A DNA stretch of 56,045 nt from IMG/VR virus record IMGVR_UViG_3300045988_061467, positions 1 through 56,045 of that record. One strand, given 5' to 3'. The notes beneath the pieces are model-generated. The model searched no databases, was not told the origin of the DNA, and was given only the letters and a program-made list of their open reading frames with translations. The DNA is from a virus. The translations under genes and the position numbers were made by a program. Shown here piece after piece: positions 9,899 to 18,993 of the stretch; position 1 is the first letter of the stretch, and the number at the start of each line of letters is the position of its first letter.

Positions 9899-10738
9899 CT
9901 AATAATATGATGGACTTAGGAACATTTCTACCGTAACGGGTAAAGCATTAGTCCATGAAGCCGTATCACTAGCACGGTACTGAATTTCGATAGTACTCTC
10001 TCCAGTAGGTACCTTGAAGAAAGCTCCTCTTTTAATATACCTAAATATATTCGTTACTTGACGACTCGACTGTATCTCAATAAGTTCGAAAGTCCCTAAA
10101 TTAAGCATAATAACTGAACCAGTTTCCATAAGAACTGAGTTAGTACCGAACTCAACAAACTTTCCTGAACTCTTTTCCTCAATACGGAAGTACCCGTTCA
10201 CTCGACTATTAGCTCTTAATTCAATTCGAACTTGACGAGTAGGTCTTCCAGGGTTTGGAAGTTTACTTCCACCGTCGCTCGAATTAAAATTATAAGTCCT
10301 TCGAATGACTGAATTAGTGTACTCATAGGCGTCTTTGAATTGAATACCAATTTTGATAATCAATGTAGCTTCACCTAGAGTAGGAACTTCTGTCAGTTTT
10401 CCATGTTCACTCTCTCCTAAAAACTTACCCAACCTATAAAAGTCCGGATCCTCTTTAGTTGAAATTCGCCAAAATGATTTTGATCGAATGAACTGTTTAA
10501 ATTCTCTATATTTAGCATTTACATATTTTTCCGATATGCCTTTGAACATAACAGTGACACTCCCTGTCAGTCCGGATAGAGCAGTAGACGGAGAATCTAA
10601 TACTCCGTCTATCCCCTCTGGGTTTTTAAACCCTGAATCCTTAAATCCTGCCAAGGTAAGTCCTGTATAGTCCAGCACGGTCGCTCCTTTAGTAGCTAAA
10701 TCAATTCCATCTACTAATAGCGTCTGTCTGTTAGCCAT
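9899..10738 (-). CDS. Distal tail protein (Dit, siphovirus tail component)
   Basis: 279-aa ORF directly after the tape measure gene, the conserved TMP-Dit-Tal order. Confidence 0.6.
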   Translation of the reverse strand: MANRQTLLVDGIDLATKGATVLDYTGLTLAGFKDSGFKNPEGIDGVLDSPSTALSGLTGSVTVMFKGISEKYVNAKYREFKQFIRSKSFWRISTKEDPDFYRLGKFLGESEHGKLTEVPTLGEATLIIKIGIQFKDAYEYTNSVIRRTYNFNSSDGGSKLPNPGRPTRQVRIELRANSRVNGYFRIEEKSSGKFVEFGTNSVLMETGSVIMLNLGTFELIEIQSSRQVTNIFRYIKRGAFFKVPTGESTIEIQYRASDTASWTNALPVTVEMFLSPSYY

Positions 10739-10749
10739 ACTAACCTCCT

Positions 10750-13700
10750 CTATGGTGTTACAATGTTACCGAAACTTGATAAAGTATCTTTACTCTTATT
10801 ATACAGCCCTCTTGAGAGTTTGTCAATGTCGTCGTTATTTCTTACAACGATAGTCCCAATAGAGATTGTCGTTTGTTCTTTACCTCTAGAAGTTCCACTT
10901 CCTTGAGGTCTGTCAGCGTCCTTATCCTTATTACCGTATAGGTCTACATTAGGAGTTCTTACTGCGTCTAATACATTACCAAATCCTGGGTTAGGTAGTT
11001 CACTAGGCATCTCGTCTACAATTTGCTCGAACACGTCTTTGACCTTCTGAACTACTCCATTCTCTTGGATGTTCATCTTCACGTTACTTAGTGCGTCAGT
11101 AACTGTTTCAGCCATTTCTCTAGCCTTGTCACGAGTAGTTCGAATCATATTACCGATACCGTTTACGAAACCTTCACCAGTGTAAACACCCATCTTCTCC
11201 ATTACACGAGATGGTGAGTGGATACCAAGGAAACCTTTAACGGCGTTCAATGCACTTCTAGCCATATTAGCCGCAGCGTTTACTGCTGAACTTACCATTG
11301 ACCCAATACCGTTAATGAATCCGCGAACTAAGTTGACCCCAGCACTTGCCATCTGTCCAGCGAATCCAGTGACACGAGAGATCATTGAACTTCCCATGGA
11401 TGCAATCTTACCGATTACGGAACCAACCATAGATCCAATACCACTAGCAAGGTTTCGAATAAGGTTTGCTCCTCCAGATAACATCTGTCCTAAGAAGCTA
11501 GCAATCTTACTAATCACTGAACCCATCATCGAGCCGATAGTAGACAGTAATGAACCTAATAATGAAGAGATACCTTGAATCAGTGCTCTTAGGAGTTGAA
11601 CCCCTGCCTGAAGAATTTTAGGAGCGTGATCTATAATAGCTTTTAGAAAGGCCATCATAATTTGAATAGCTCCGGCAATCAGTTGAGGAAGTACCTGAAT
11701 AATTCCTTGTAGCAACGCAAGTAGCAATTTAACCCCAGCCGCAAGTATCTGAGGAAGGTTCGATAAGATCGAATTTAATAACGCAGTTATAATTTGAATA
11801 GCTGCTGTTATAAGTTCAGGTATCATTTGAACAAGTCCTTGAATGAGTGCCATTAGGATTTGAATACCTGCCTGAAGGATAGGTCCTATGTTTTGAACTA
11901 GCGCATTTACTAGACCCATGATAATCTGTAATGCGGCTTCGAGTAGCATAGGTAGTGCTTGAATTAGTCCTTGCGCAAGTGCCATAAGGATCTGTAAAGC
12001 CGCCTCTATAATAGCAGGTAAAGCCTGTACCAATCCCTGAATGAGAGCCTGAATAATTTGTAACGCTGCGCCAATAATTGTAGGTAGCGCCTGAACGAGT
12101 CCGTTAAATAGCGCCATAATGATTTGGAGTGCGGCTTGAATAATTGTAGGTAAGGCTTGAGAAATACCGTTAATTAAAGCCGTTAAAATTTGAACACCTG
12201 CTGCTAGTATTGTCGGTAGAATACTTGAGAGTGTGCTTACCAGCGTGGTAATTACCTGTATAATAACAGATGCAATTCCTGGAAGAGCGCTAACTATACC
12301 TTCAATGATTTTAAGTAGGATTTCAGTTCCCTTTTCTAAGAATATAGGTAGGTACTGACTAATCATGTCTGCGGCACTTTGAATAGTGCTAGTCAAGTTA
12401 TCGAATACTTGAGTAATTCCATCTGCGTTCAGTTCACCTGTACGGGCCCAAGCAGATAGGAACGAAATGACAAGACTAATAACAAAACCTAGAGGTCCAG
12501 TAATTCCAAAGAACGCAAGTCCTACCTTAGTAAGCACTGACACGGCGATTGACATAATGCCGCCTAACGTACCAAAAGCTCCTCCTAAACGTTCGAGTCC
12601 GTTACTAATAAATGAACCTATTGAGGATCCTGCTTGTCCTATGGTTAGTCCAAATCGGCTTAGTAGATTAGTCACTTTTGCACTAATAATTGCACCAAAT
12701 TCCCTGAACTTCTCGCCAGCCTTTTGTAACCACTCTCCTAATTCTTTCATTTTAGGTATTAGCCATCCAATAACTCCACCCAAACCGGCCTTAATAGCTG
12801 GACCTAAGCTATTGACAAAGTTTCGAAACTTCTCGGACTTAGTGTACGCTATCATAATGACGGCGGCTAGAGCAAAGAATATTGCTATAACTCCGGCAAT
12901 CGTTCCCATCGTTCCTAGAAACGCAGGTCCAAGAAATTGTGCAGCCATTTGAAGTTTAACCATTGTAGTGATTACAGTACCAGCTATCAATAATAGTGGA
13001 CCTAATGCTGCAACCATTGCCCCGAATATTACAACCATTTTTTGACCTGTAGGAGACATATTTACAAACGCCTCGATCAAATTAGTAATACCTGCGACAA
13101 TTTTCTTCAAAGCAGGTTCTAAAATTTGCTGAATAATAATTGCAGCAGATTCGAACGCTCCTCCCATTTGCTCGATTTTACTTGCAAGGTTGTCCTGCAT
13201 AGTCTCTGCCATTTCCTTAGCAGCTCCGTCTGAGTTGATAAGTGAGTTTGTCATCTTATCTAATTTCTCCGGACCTGCGTCTAATAGCGCAAGCATACCT
13301 GAGAGTGAGTTCTGACCGTACAAGGTTACGAGATGTCGGTTCTTTTCTTCTTGTGTTAGTCCCGCCGTAGCAGTTTTCAGTTGAGCAAGTTGTTCCTTCA
13401 GTGGGATCATCTTACCATTTGCGTCGTAGAATGATACCCCTAATTGTTCCATGGACTTAACCATAGCCTTAGTAGGTTTAGCAATACGCGAGAGAGCGCC
13501 TCTAAGCGTGGTTCCGGCTTGCGAGCCTTTAATACCGGCGTCGGCCATAATACCAATAGATGCAGCCGTTTCTTCAAGGCTCAAGCCCATAGAGTGTGCA
13601 ACCGGTGCGACGTATTTCATCGCCTCAGCCATATCACTCGTCTCAGCGTTGGTGTCTGCCGCAGCTCTTGCGAATACGTCAGCGACGTGTCCAGCTTTCG

Positions 13701-14199
13701 AAGCATCTAATCCAAACGCTCTCAAGGAACTTGCCATCGCTTCTGAACTTGCTGCTACGTCTCCTCCAGATACGGCAGCCAGGTCAAGTACACCCGGCAT
13801 GGCGTCCATGATTTCATTTACCTGGAAACCGGCTGAAGCAAGGTTTTCCATACCTTGTGCGGCTTCTTTAGCACTGAAGGCTGTCTTAGCACCGAGTTCA
13901 ATCGCTTGCCGTTTCATCTTATCCAGCTCGCCACCTGTGGCTCCTGCAATAGCCTGAACACGAGACATTTGAGCTTGGAACTCATTCCCTACTTTAATGG
14001 AAGTCGCAGCCATACCTAAAAGAGGTAGCGTAACTGCTGTGGATAATACCTTACCCATGCTAGTTAGCGCTGAACCTATTTGGAAGGATTTGGACGACTC
14101 AACCGCTAGTCGTTGAGCCTGGTTTTGAGCCAAGTTCAATTGACTTGTGAAATTTGAAATGTCTAGCGTCATTTTAGCTGCTATTGATCCAAAATCCAT
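10750..14199 (-). CDS. Tape measure protein (1149 aa)
   Basis: It is the longest ORF and is Ala/Gly/Ile/Leu-rich and helical, with TM-like central segments and periodic repeats. It follows the chaperone pair. Confidence 0.85.
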   Translation of the reverse strand: MDFGSIAAKMTLDISNFTSQLNLAQNQAQRLAVESSKSFQIGSALTSMGKVLSTAVTLPLLGMAATSIKVGNEFQAQMSRVQAIAGATGGELDKMKRQAIELGAKTAFSAKEAAQGMENLASAGFQVNEIMDAMPGVLDLAAVSGGDVAASSEAMASSLRAFGLDASKAGHVADVFARAAADTNAETSDMAEAMKYVAPVAHSMGLSLEETAASIGIMADAGIKGSQAGTTLRGALSRIAKPTKAMVKSMEQLGVSFYDANGKMIPLKEQLAQLKTATAGLTQEEKNRHLVTLYGQNSLSGMLALLDAGPEKLDKMTNSLINSDGAAKEMAETMQDNLASKIEQMGGAFESAAIIIQQILEPALKKIVAGITNLIEAFVNMSPTGQKMVVIFGAMVAALGPLLLIAGTVITTMVKLQMAAQFLGPAFLGTMGTIAGVIAIFFALAAVIMIAYTKSEKFRNFVNSLGPAIKAGLGGVIGWLIPKMKELGEWLQKAGEKFREFGAIISAKVTNLLSRFGLTIGQAGSSIGSFISNGLERLGGAFGTLGGIMSIAVSVLTKVGLAFFGITGPLGFVISLVISFLSAWARTGELNADGITQVFDNLTSTIQSAADMISQYLPIFLEKGTEILLKIIEGIVSALPGIASVIIQVITTLVSTLSSILPTILAAGVQILTALINGISQALPTIIQAALQIIMALFNGLVQALPTIIGAALQIIQALIQGLVQALPAIIEAALQILMALAQGLIQALPMLLEAALQIIMGLVNALVQNIGPILQAGIQILMALIQGLVQMIPELITAAIQIITALLNSILSNLPQILAAGVKLLLALLQGIIQVLPQLIAGAIQIMMAFLKAIIDHAPKILQAGVQLLRALIQGISSLLGSLLSTIGSMMGSVISKIASFLGQMLSGGANLIRNLASGIGSMVGSVIGKIASMGSSMISRVTGFAGQMASAGVNLVRGFINGIGSMVSSAVNAAANMARSALNAVKGFLGIHSPSRVMEKMGVYTGEGFVNGIGNMIRTTRDKAREMAETVTDALSNVKMNIQENGVVQKVKDVFEQIVDEMPSELPNPGFGNVLDAVRTPNVDLYGNKDKDADRPQGSGTSRGKEQTTISIGTIVVRNNDDIDKLSRGLYNKSKDTLSSFGNIVTP
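11563..12288 (-). repeat. Eleven tandem 22-aa (66-nt) repeats inside the tape measure protein
   Basis: Read from the translation: ALPGIASVIIQVITTLVSTLSS / ILPTILAAGVQILTALINGISQ / ALPTIIQAALQIIMALFNGLVQ / ... / HAPKILQAGVQLLRALIQGISS. There are exactly 11 units of 22 residues. Confidence 0.85.
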
Positions 14200-14220
14200 A
14201 TATCTTCCTTTCTTCTAAAT

Positions 14221-14254
14221 AATAAAAATAGGAGCGACTAAATAAAGTCACTCC
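14221..14254 (-). terminator. Hairpin plus U-tract between the tail chaperone genes and the tape measure gene (attenuator-like)
   Basis: Stem 14231-14239 / 14246-14254 (ggagcgact / agtcactcc), which contains one G-U pair only in the minus-strand RNA. It is followed on the minus strand by UAUUUUUAUU. Confidence 0.45.
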
Positions 14255-14442
14255 ATTAGCATTTGCAAACCTGGATTCTTCTTCTCGTCTCCAGGGTACC
14301 TAGGAGTCTTATCGTCCGCGATGTAACGAATATAAGCAACTGCCGCAGTATCGAAGCAATAGCGTCCAATTTCTGTGGTCAGTCCTACGACATCACTAGG
14401 TCTAATATGAAATTCAGTAGCGACTGCTATGACATTAGACAT
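14248..14442 (-). CDS. gpT-like second tail assembly chaperone ORF (64 aa from the ATG at 14442, or a frameshift extension of the upstream ORF)
   Basis: The ORF overlaps the 3' end of the 152-aa chaperone. Its frame is open from 14505 and lies +1 relative to the upstream ORF. The ATG at 14442 is 5 nt before the upstream stop. Confidence 0.45.
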   Translation of the reverse strand: MSNVIAVATEFHIRPSDVVGLTTEIGRYCFDTAAVAYIRYIADDKTPRYPGDEKKNPGLQMLME

Positions 14443-14893
14443 TTCCTTTGTCTGAACGAAAGGACTCAGCCGAAGCCACCTCTCCGTACATCGCACTGAA
14501 GATCGTCATTAACTGATCATCTGTCATGTACTCCCCAATTTCTGCGTAAGTAGGTTGAACCAACGCAGCCTCTGCAAAGACACGCAATAACTCGGCCATG
14601 TCTTGTAAGCCTGAATCACTTTTGTTCAGTTTTTCCAAGGCTTTACGTTTCTGGTCGTCTGTAATTGCAGCCATTGATAGGTCGTCTTTAGCAACTTCTT
14701 GAGTTTCTCCAAAAAGTTCAGTAACTTTACCTAAAAGAGTATTAGGGATACGACCGTTAGCGATCAAGTTCATTACCCCCGCCGAGCGAATTTGAACATA
14801 AATAGGCTCAGCGTCTTTTCCAAAACCTGGAAGAGGGATAACTTGAAATGATTTTTGACGAAATTGTTCAGCGGTGATGATGTTATTATTCAT
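14435..14893 (-). CDS. Tail assembly chaperone (gpG-like)
   Basis: 152-aa acidic ORF between the major tail protein and TMP, with an overlapping downstream ORF. This is the canonical position. Confidence 0.6.
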   Translation of the reverse strand: MNNNIITAEQFRQKSFQVIPLPGFGKDAEPIYVQIRSAGVMNLIANGRIPNTLLGKVTELFGETQEVAKDDLSMAAITDDQKRKALEKLNKSDSGLQDMAELLRVFAEAALVQPTYAEIGEYMTDDQLMTIFSAMYGEVASAESFRSDKGNV

Positions 14894-14911
14894 AGCAGTA
14901 CCTTTCTAAAT

Positions 14912-15694
14912 TTAAGCGTATTGAGCAACAAGTGTGATATCACGATCTGGCATGACACTTGTAGCGAAGTCCCACATAGCAGATTCATCTTGAATCTTCC
15001 AACCCTTGAATGTTTTACCGTCTGTTCGAGTAGGATCTGCTGGTTTAATACCAACTTTCTCACCTACTTTAACTTTAGCAGGGTTGGCCGTTCCATTACC
15101 GCCAGCTAAATCATACTTCACTGTACGCATGATAGCAGGCAATTCAGCTACATAGTCCATAGACTTAACTGGTAGACCTGCTTTAGTGGCTTCGCGAGCT
15201 TTAATCTTGAACTCTGGAGCGTAGAACTCTTTCCCAATGTTGAGTCCTGGGGCGCTACCAGTACAGTTATTCAAAGTGATTTTCACGTAGTTGACGATTG
15301 AGTCACCTACATAGTTAGGCACATAAATATTCAACCTAAATGGTTTCATATTTGACGCACCTTGGATGAGCATTGGTGAGTCATATCCGGAGATAGCCTC
15401 GTTTACTTTTCGAACAGTACCTCCTTCAATCAATGCCATAATTTCAGGGTCAAACGTGTTGTCCTTGAATGTTAGGTCGTAACCGTACAAAAGGTCAGGA
15501 GTACGCACAATCGCAAGAATACGAGTGTCATTGCGTTTGATGTCTTCCGTACCTTCAGAGGTTACTGCTTCTAGTTCCGCAGTTTCAGCGGTGTCGACTG
15601 TAAACTTAGATCCACCAACTTTTGGCAGTTGAGTCAATGGATCAAGTTCTTCGATTTCGACAAACTTAATTCCGTAAAGAATATCCTTACTCAT
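14912..15694 (-). CDS. Major tail protein with a C-terminal Listeria-Bacteroides-repeat (Flg_new)-like domain
   Basis: Position fits a major tail protein. The C-terminal ~70 aa (VKYDLAGGNGTANPAKVKVGEKVGIKPADPTRTDGKTFKGWKIQDESAMWDFATSVMPDRDITLVAQY) fit the Flg_new repeat pattern. Confidence 0.65.
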   Translation of the reverse strand: MSKDILYGIKFVEIEELDPLTQLPKVGGSKFTVDTAETAELEAVTSEGTEDIKRNDTRILAIVRTPDLLYGYDLTFKDNTFDPEIMALIEGGTVRKVNEAISGYDSPMLIQGASNMKPFRLNIYVPNYVGDSIVNYVKITLNNCTGSAPGLNIGKEFYAPEFKIKAREATKAGLPVKSMDYVAELPAIMRTVKYDLAGGNGTANPAKVKVGEKVGIKPADPTRTDGKTFKGWKIQDESAMWDFATSVMPDRDITLVAQYA

Positions 15695-16081
15695 TTATAG
15701 ATTTCCTCCTTGTGGTATTCTATATTCGATTTCTAATCTGTAGCGAGCCAACATAGTATCAAAGTAGTCACCGATTTCAGAGTAGGTTACCTCATAACCC
15801 ATGTCCTTAATCAGTTTTCGAACTCTTTGACCATAATCATCTATCCCTATAATTGAATTAGAGTGGACATAAATCTGAACTTTCCAGTATTCGAAACTTC
15901 CTAGACGATTAGTAGTGCTAGGCATTCTATGACTGAACCTAAGAACAATATAATCATCCGGGCGGTTTAACTCTTCCTCAGTTTCGCCGAACTGAAGTCC
16001 GGGGATCATAGGGGTAGGAGCCAGCTGGAAAGTCGGTAGTATTTCCTTCAATCTGTCCATCATAGAAGTTCTTTTAGTCAT
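15695..16081 (-). CDS. Tail terminator / tail completion protein (128 aa)
   Basis: Called from its position immediately upstream of the major tail protein. Confidence 0.4.
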   Translation of the reverse strand: MTKRTSMMDRLKEILPTFQLAPTPMIPGLQFGETEEELNRPDDYIVLRFSHRMPSTTNRLGSFEYWKVQIYVHSNSIIGIDDYGQRVRKLIKDMGYEVTYSEIGDYFDTMLARYRLEIEYRIPQGGNL

Positions 16082-16090
16082 TTCATTCTC

Positions 16091-16438
16091 CTAGTCTAAT
16101 AATCTTCGTAACGCCCTGAACAATTCCTCTACATTATCCTCTATAGACTGTTCAAGTATCTTGTACTTACGTCCGTGGGCTAATTCTAGCCAGAATCCGT
16201 AGAACATATGGTGCGACACGGCAATAACTATTTGATCCTTACTAACCCATGCGGCTTCGCCTTTCAATTTCTGACGGGCGTTACCAGTACGGTCAGTCCA
16301 AATCGCATGAGTCTTTGCGTATGCTTCCATTTTAGTAGCAGCGACCTCACAGACAATTAAAACAGACACAAAGAATTTGCTTTGGTATTGATGACAGGAC
16401 TGAACGAAATCACTAGGATCCCATACAAGTTCAGCCAT
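16091..16438 (-). CDS. Head-tail joining protein (HK97 gp10-like)
   Basis: 115-aa ORF in the connector cluster. The call rests on position and size only. Confidence 0.4.
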   Translation of the reverse strand: MAELVWDPSDFVQSCHQYQSKFFVSVLIVCEVAATKMEAYAKTHAIWTDRTGNARQKLKGEAAWVSKDQIVIAVSHHMFYGFWLELAHGRKYKILEQSIEDNVEELFRALRRLLD

Positions 16439-16830
16439 TAGTCACTAACCTCCAATTTCAGTTCAACTACAATATCTTGCTCTAAAATGTTGTGGGCGTC
16501 TACTACTCGATACCCTCTTCCGGAGTGAAGAATAGTAATGGTATCAGTAGGTTTAATTTTCGAACCTCCATCATTATACATGATAAAAATTCGAACTCCA
16601 TTTTGAGCGAAGATCCTACCAGCGTCAGTGGAATTGGACAGTAAGTCAGGAGCAGTAGAGTTGTCGAGTAAGCAAGTAGCATTCTCTAAAACAACTTCTT
16701 TCGAGGCATCTCGTTTCTTTCCTCCGTAACCGTCACTGACCCAACTACTCCGGGTCACTTTTATCTTAGTAGGTGCAGTTTCAATAGCTCGACGAACTTG
16801 TGCTTCGACATAATTGTAGTCATAAGTCAT
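16438..16830 (-). CDS. Head closure / head-tail adaptor protein (130 aa)
   Basis: In the connector cluster, with start and stop overlapping its neighbours. Confidence 0.4.
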   Translation of the reverse strand: MTYDYNYVEAQVRRAIETAPTKIKVTRSSWVSDGYGGKKRDASKEVVLENATCLLDNSTAPDLLSNSTDAGRIFAQNGVRIFIMYNDGGSKIKPTDTITILHSGRGYRVVDAHNILEQDIVVELKLEVSD

Positions 16831-17144
16831 GTCCCGTCCGCCCTTTTCATTAAAATAGTAGACCCTTCACTAGCTGAAAGTTCTTGCTCTTGCTGTTCGG
16901 CTCTGTATTCATCGTAGAATAGTTTAGCCATATTCTTCCAGTATTCGGCGTCACCTTTCAAAGTAATAGGTCCAAGAGTCACAGCGTCGTTTCGAGTTTT
17001 TAGTAAGCATAATTTATAGCTAACATACGCAACAGACTTGTGACGATCTAAAAGAGCGGAGATGTATTCTAGTGAATAAGGTGTAGGAGAATCATAATTA
17101 CCTATGTTCTCTGCTACCAATTCAATATCCGCTTTTTCAGCCAT
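16827..17144 (-). CDS. Head-tail connector protein (105 aa)
   Basis: First of the small connector ORFs after the capsid region. Confidence 0.4.
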   Translation of the reverse strand: MAEKADIELVAENIGNYDSPTPYSLEYISALLDRHKSVAYVSYKLCLLKTRNDAVTLGPITLKGDAEYWKNMAKLFYDEYRAEQQEQELSASEGSTILMKRADGT

Positions 17145-17145
17145 G

Positions 17146-17484
17146 TTATTCTCCTAATTCATAGTTAATGAGGGCGTCAATGTATTCACTCTTGCGGTTA
17201 AGGCCAGTTAGGTCAATACCGTTAGCTTGTGCAAGTTCAGTAAGCTGAGGAATAGTCATAGCTGCGTACTCTTTACGCATCTTTTCAACTTCTTCCTCGT
17301 CATCTAAAACAGTAGCTTCAGTGGTGCTTACTGGAATATCTGTACCCTCTGCCTCTTTAAGTTCAAAGGCAAAACCACGCTCAATCAAGGAAGATCCTAG
17401 TGCATCGGGACAGTGAAACACAGAACCCGTATGCACTACACTTCCGGAGACAATCAACGTGCTTAACGCTTTTAGTGTAGCCAT
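17146..17484 (-). CDS. Hypothetical protein with a C-terminal HeH / Rho-N-like motif (112 aa)
   Basis: The C-terminal MTIPQLTELAQANGIDLTGLNRKSEYIDALINY resembles a SAP/HeH/Rho_N helix-extended-helix. It lies just after the capsid gene. Confidence 0.4.
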   Translation of the reverse strand: MATLKALSTLIVSGSVVHTGSVFHCPDALGSSLIERGFAFELKEAEGTDIPVSTTEATVLDDEEEVEKMRKEYAAMTIPQLTELAQANGIDLTGLNRKSEYIDALINYELGE

Positions 17485-17501
17485 AAATTACCTCCTAAAA
17501 A

Positions 17502-18587
17502 TTAGCCTTCGTTGGTTTTAATAACCCCAACATAGTCGATTCCTTCGAATGATGGAATCATTACCGCTGAAACAACAGTCACGACGTTCACTGGATGTTT
17601 TTCCATGTAAGTAGTGACTGTAGGTCCACCTGAAAGGACTTGAACTTGTGCATCTGTTCCACCTGAAGCTAAGTCAAACGCTTCTGGAGTAGTTCCGTAC
17701 CAAGTGTGACCAACTGGATCTGGTGGAAGTAGGACAACTACATGGTCATCGATCAAGTTGAACTGACGAATGTTACCTGAGTCAGGAAGTTTGTCAGCGT
17801 CAGCGAATTGAGCAATTTTCTTAGAGTACACTGCAATTTGAAGTTGAGTCTTCTCAGCAATGAATCTTTCAGCGTCAGCTGATAATAGCATGAAGTTTTC
17901 CCAAGAACCTTGAACACCGATTGCAAGAGCTTTCTTAATTGAGTCACTCTTAGTCATGTGGTTGTAAGTGTTACGGTTCATGATCATACGAGTAGGACGG
18001 ACACCAGTACGGTTCTCCATGTCGTCCATAGCTGCTAAAATATCCGCGATAGGGTCTGATGTAGTATGGTCAGTCCATTTCTTCGCTGCGGTATACTGTT
18101 GTTTAGCATCCATGTTATAGTCGTAAGTGTATTGAGCTTCTGAGTTAGTAGACTTAACAGTAAATTTACCATACTGAAGCAACTGCATACGCATGTATTC
18201 AGCTTGCGCTTCTACACCATCAACAAGGTTCTTAGTGTCATTGTAAAGCTGAGTAATGATGGGTTGAGCCATTCCTTGACTTTGAGCCAATAACAATTGA
18301 AGTTGTTGACGGTCTTTTTCACCCAAGCGCATTGATTCACGGAAGAACGCCATTTCAGTAGCTTGTTTGCTAAATCCAGCACGTTCACGGATGCTAGCCT
18401 TAGCATCGTAGTTAGATGGTTGGATTGTTACTGGAAGGTTATTAGCACCTTTTAACCAAGAAATGTCAGTCCCTGCTTGTTGCGCATTAGGGAAAAGAGT
18501 AGAGCCGAGGTATGGAAGAGCGTTTGAAGGTAGTGCTTGAATGTAAGCCGCAACCTCACTAGCATTTAGGTAATCATAAATATTCAT
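17502..18587 (-). CDS. Major capsid protein (gpE-like family)
   Basis: 361-aa ORF preceded by scaffold and a small decoration-like ORF. The N-terminal pattern and size fit the Phage_cap_E type. Confidence 0.7.
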   Translation of the reverse strand: MNIYDYLNASEVAAYIQALPSNALPYLGSTLFPNAQQAGTDISWLKGANNLPVTIQPSNYDAKASIRERAGFSKQATEMAFFRESMRLGEKDRQQLQLLLAQSQGMAQPIITQLYNDTKNLVDGVEAQAEYMRMQLLQYGKFTVKSTNSEAQYTYDYNMDAKQQYTAAKKWTDHTTSDPIADILAAMDDMENRTGVRPTRMIMNRNTYNHMTKSDSIKKALAIGVQGSWENFMLLSADAERFIAEKTQLQIAVYSKKIAQFADADKLPDSGNIRQFNLIDDHVVVLLPPDPVGHTWYGTTPEAFDLASGGTDAQVQVLSGGPTVTTYMEKHPVNVVTVVSAVMIPSFEGIDYVGVIKTNEG

Positions 18588-18600
18588 CTAAAACTTCCTC

Positions 18601-18978
18601 CTATTTCATTACCAAAATCATTGGGTTTTTAGATTCAGGGACTGCTGAACCAACCTTTTGAAGGGCTGCGTATTTAACAAATCCATGAACAAGAACAGTG
18701 ACAGTGACATTAGTTTCACCGTCGTAAACACGTTGATCCGCAAAGATAACTCCATCAAATTGTTCACCTGCGCCTACTACTTGAAGTCCAGTCTTACGAC
18801 CGTCAAGTGTAGTTGCATTTTTCACGCAAGTTCCGGCTAAAATATACTTCTTACCGCCTACTTCAGTAGCAGCAGTAGCAGGGATTTGAGCACTTAGGGC
18901 GACATAATGATCTGGGATTGCGACAACGCTTCGAGTGGTTTGATTAAAATCAGTTTTCTTAACTCGTACATTAGGCAT
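18601..18978 (-). CDS. Head decoration-like protein (125 aa)
   Basis: Small beta-rich ORF between the scaffold and capsid genes, with a gpD-like layout (ILAGTCV...DGVIFADQRVYDGE...LVHGFVKYAAL). Confidence 0.4.
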   Translation of the reverse strand: MPNVRVKKTDFNQTTRSVVAIPDHYVALSAQIPATAATEVGGKKYILAGTCVKNATTLDGRKTGLQVVGAGEQFDGVIFADQRVYDGETNVTVTVLVHGFVKYAALQKVGSAVPESKNPMILVMK

Positions 18979-18993
18979 AGCCTTTTCCTCCTA

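Noticed and set aside
11315-13957. Several 71-168-aa plus-strand ORFs antisense to the tape measure gene
   Set aside because: They are Pro/Ala/Ile-rich antisense translations of an Ala/Gly/Ile-rich gene. They have no RBS and no independent support.
14435-14505. Canonical -1 programmed frameshift between the tail chaperone ORFs
   Set aside because: The downstream frame is +1, not -1. The -1 frame hits a stop (TAG) almost immediately, and no XXXYYYZ heptamer is present. This is reported instead as a +1/-2 shift or reinitiation question.
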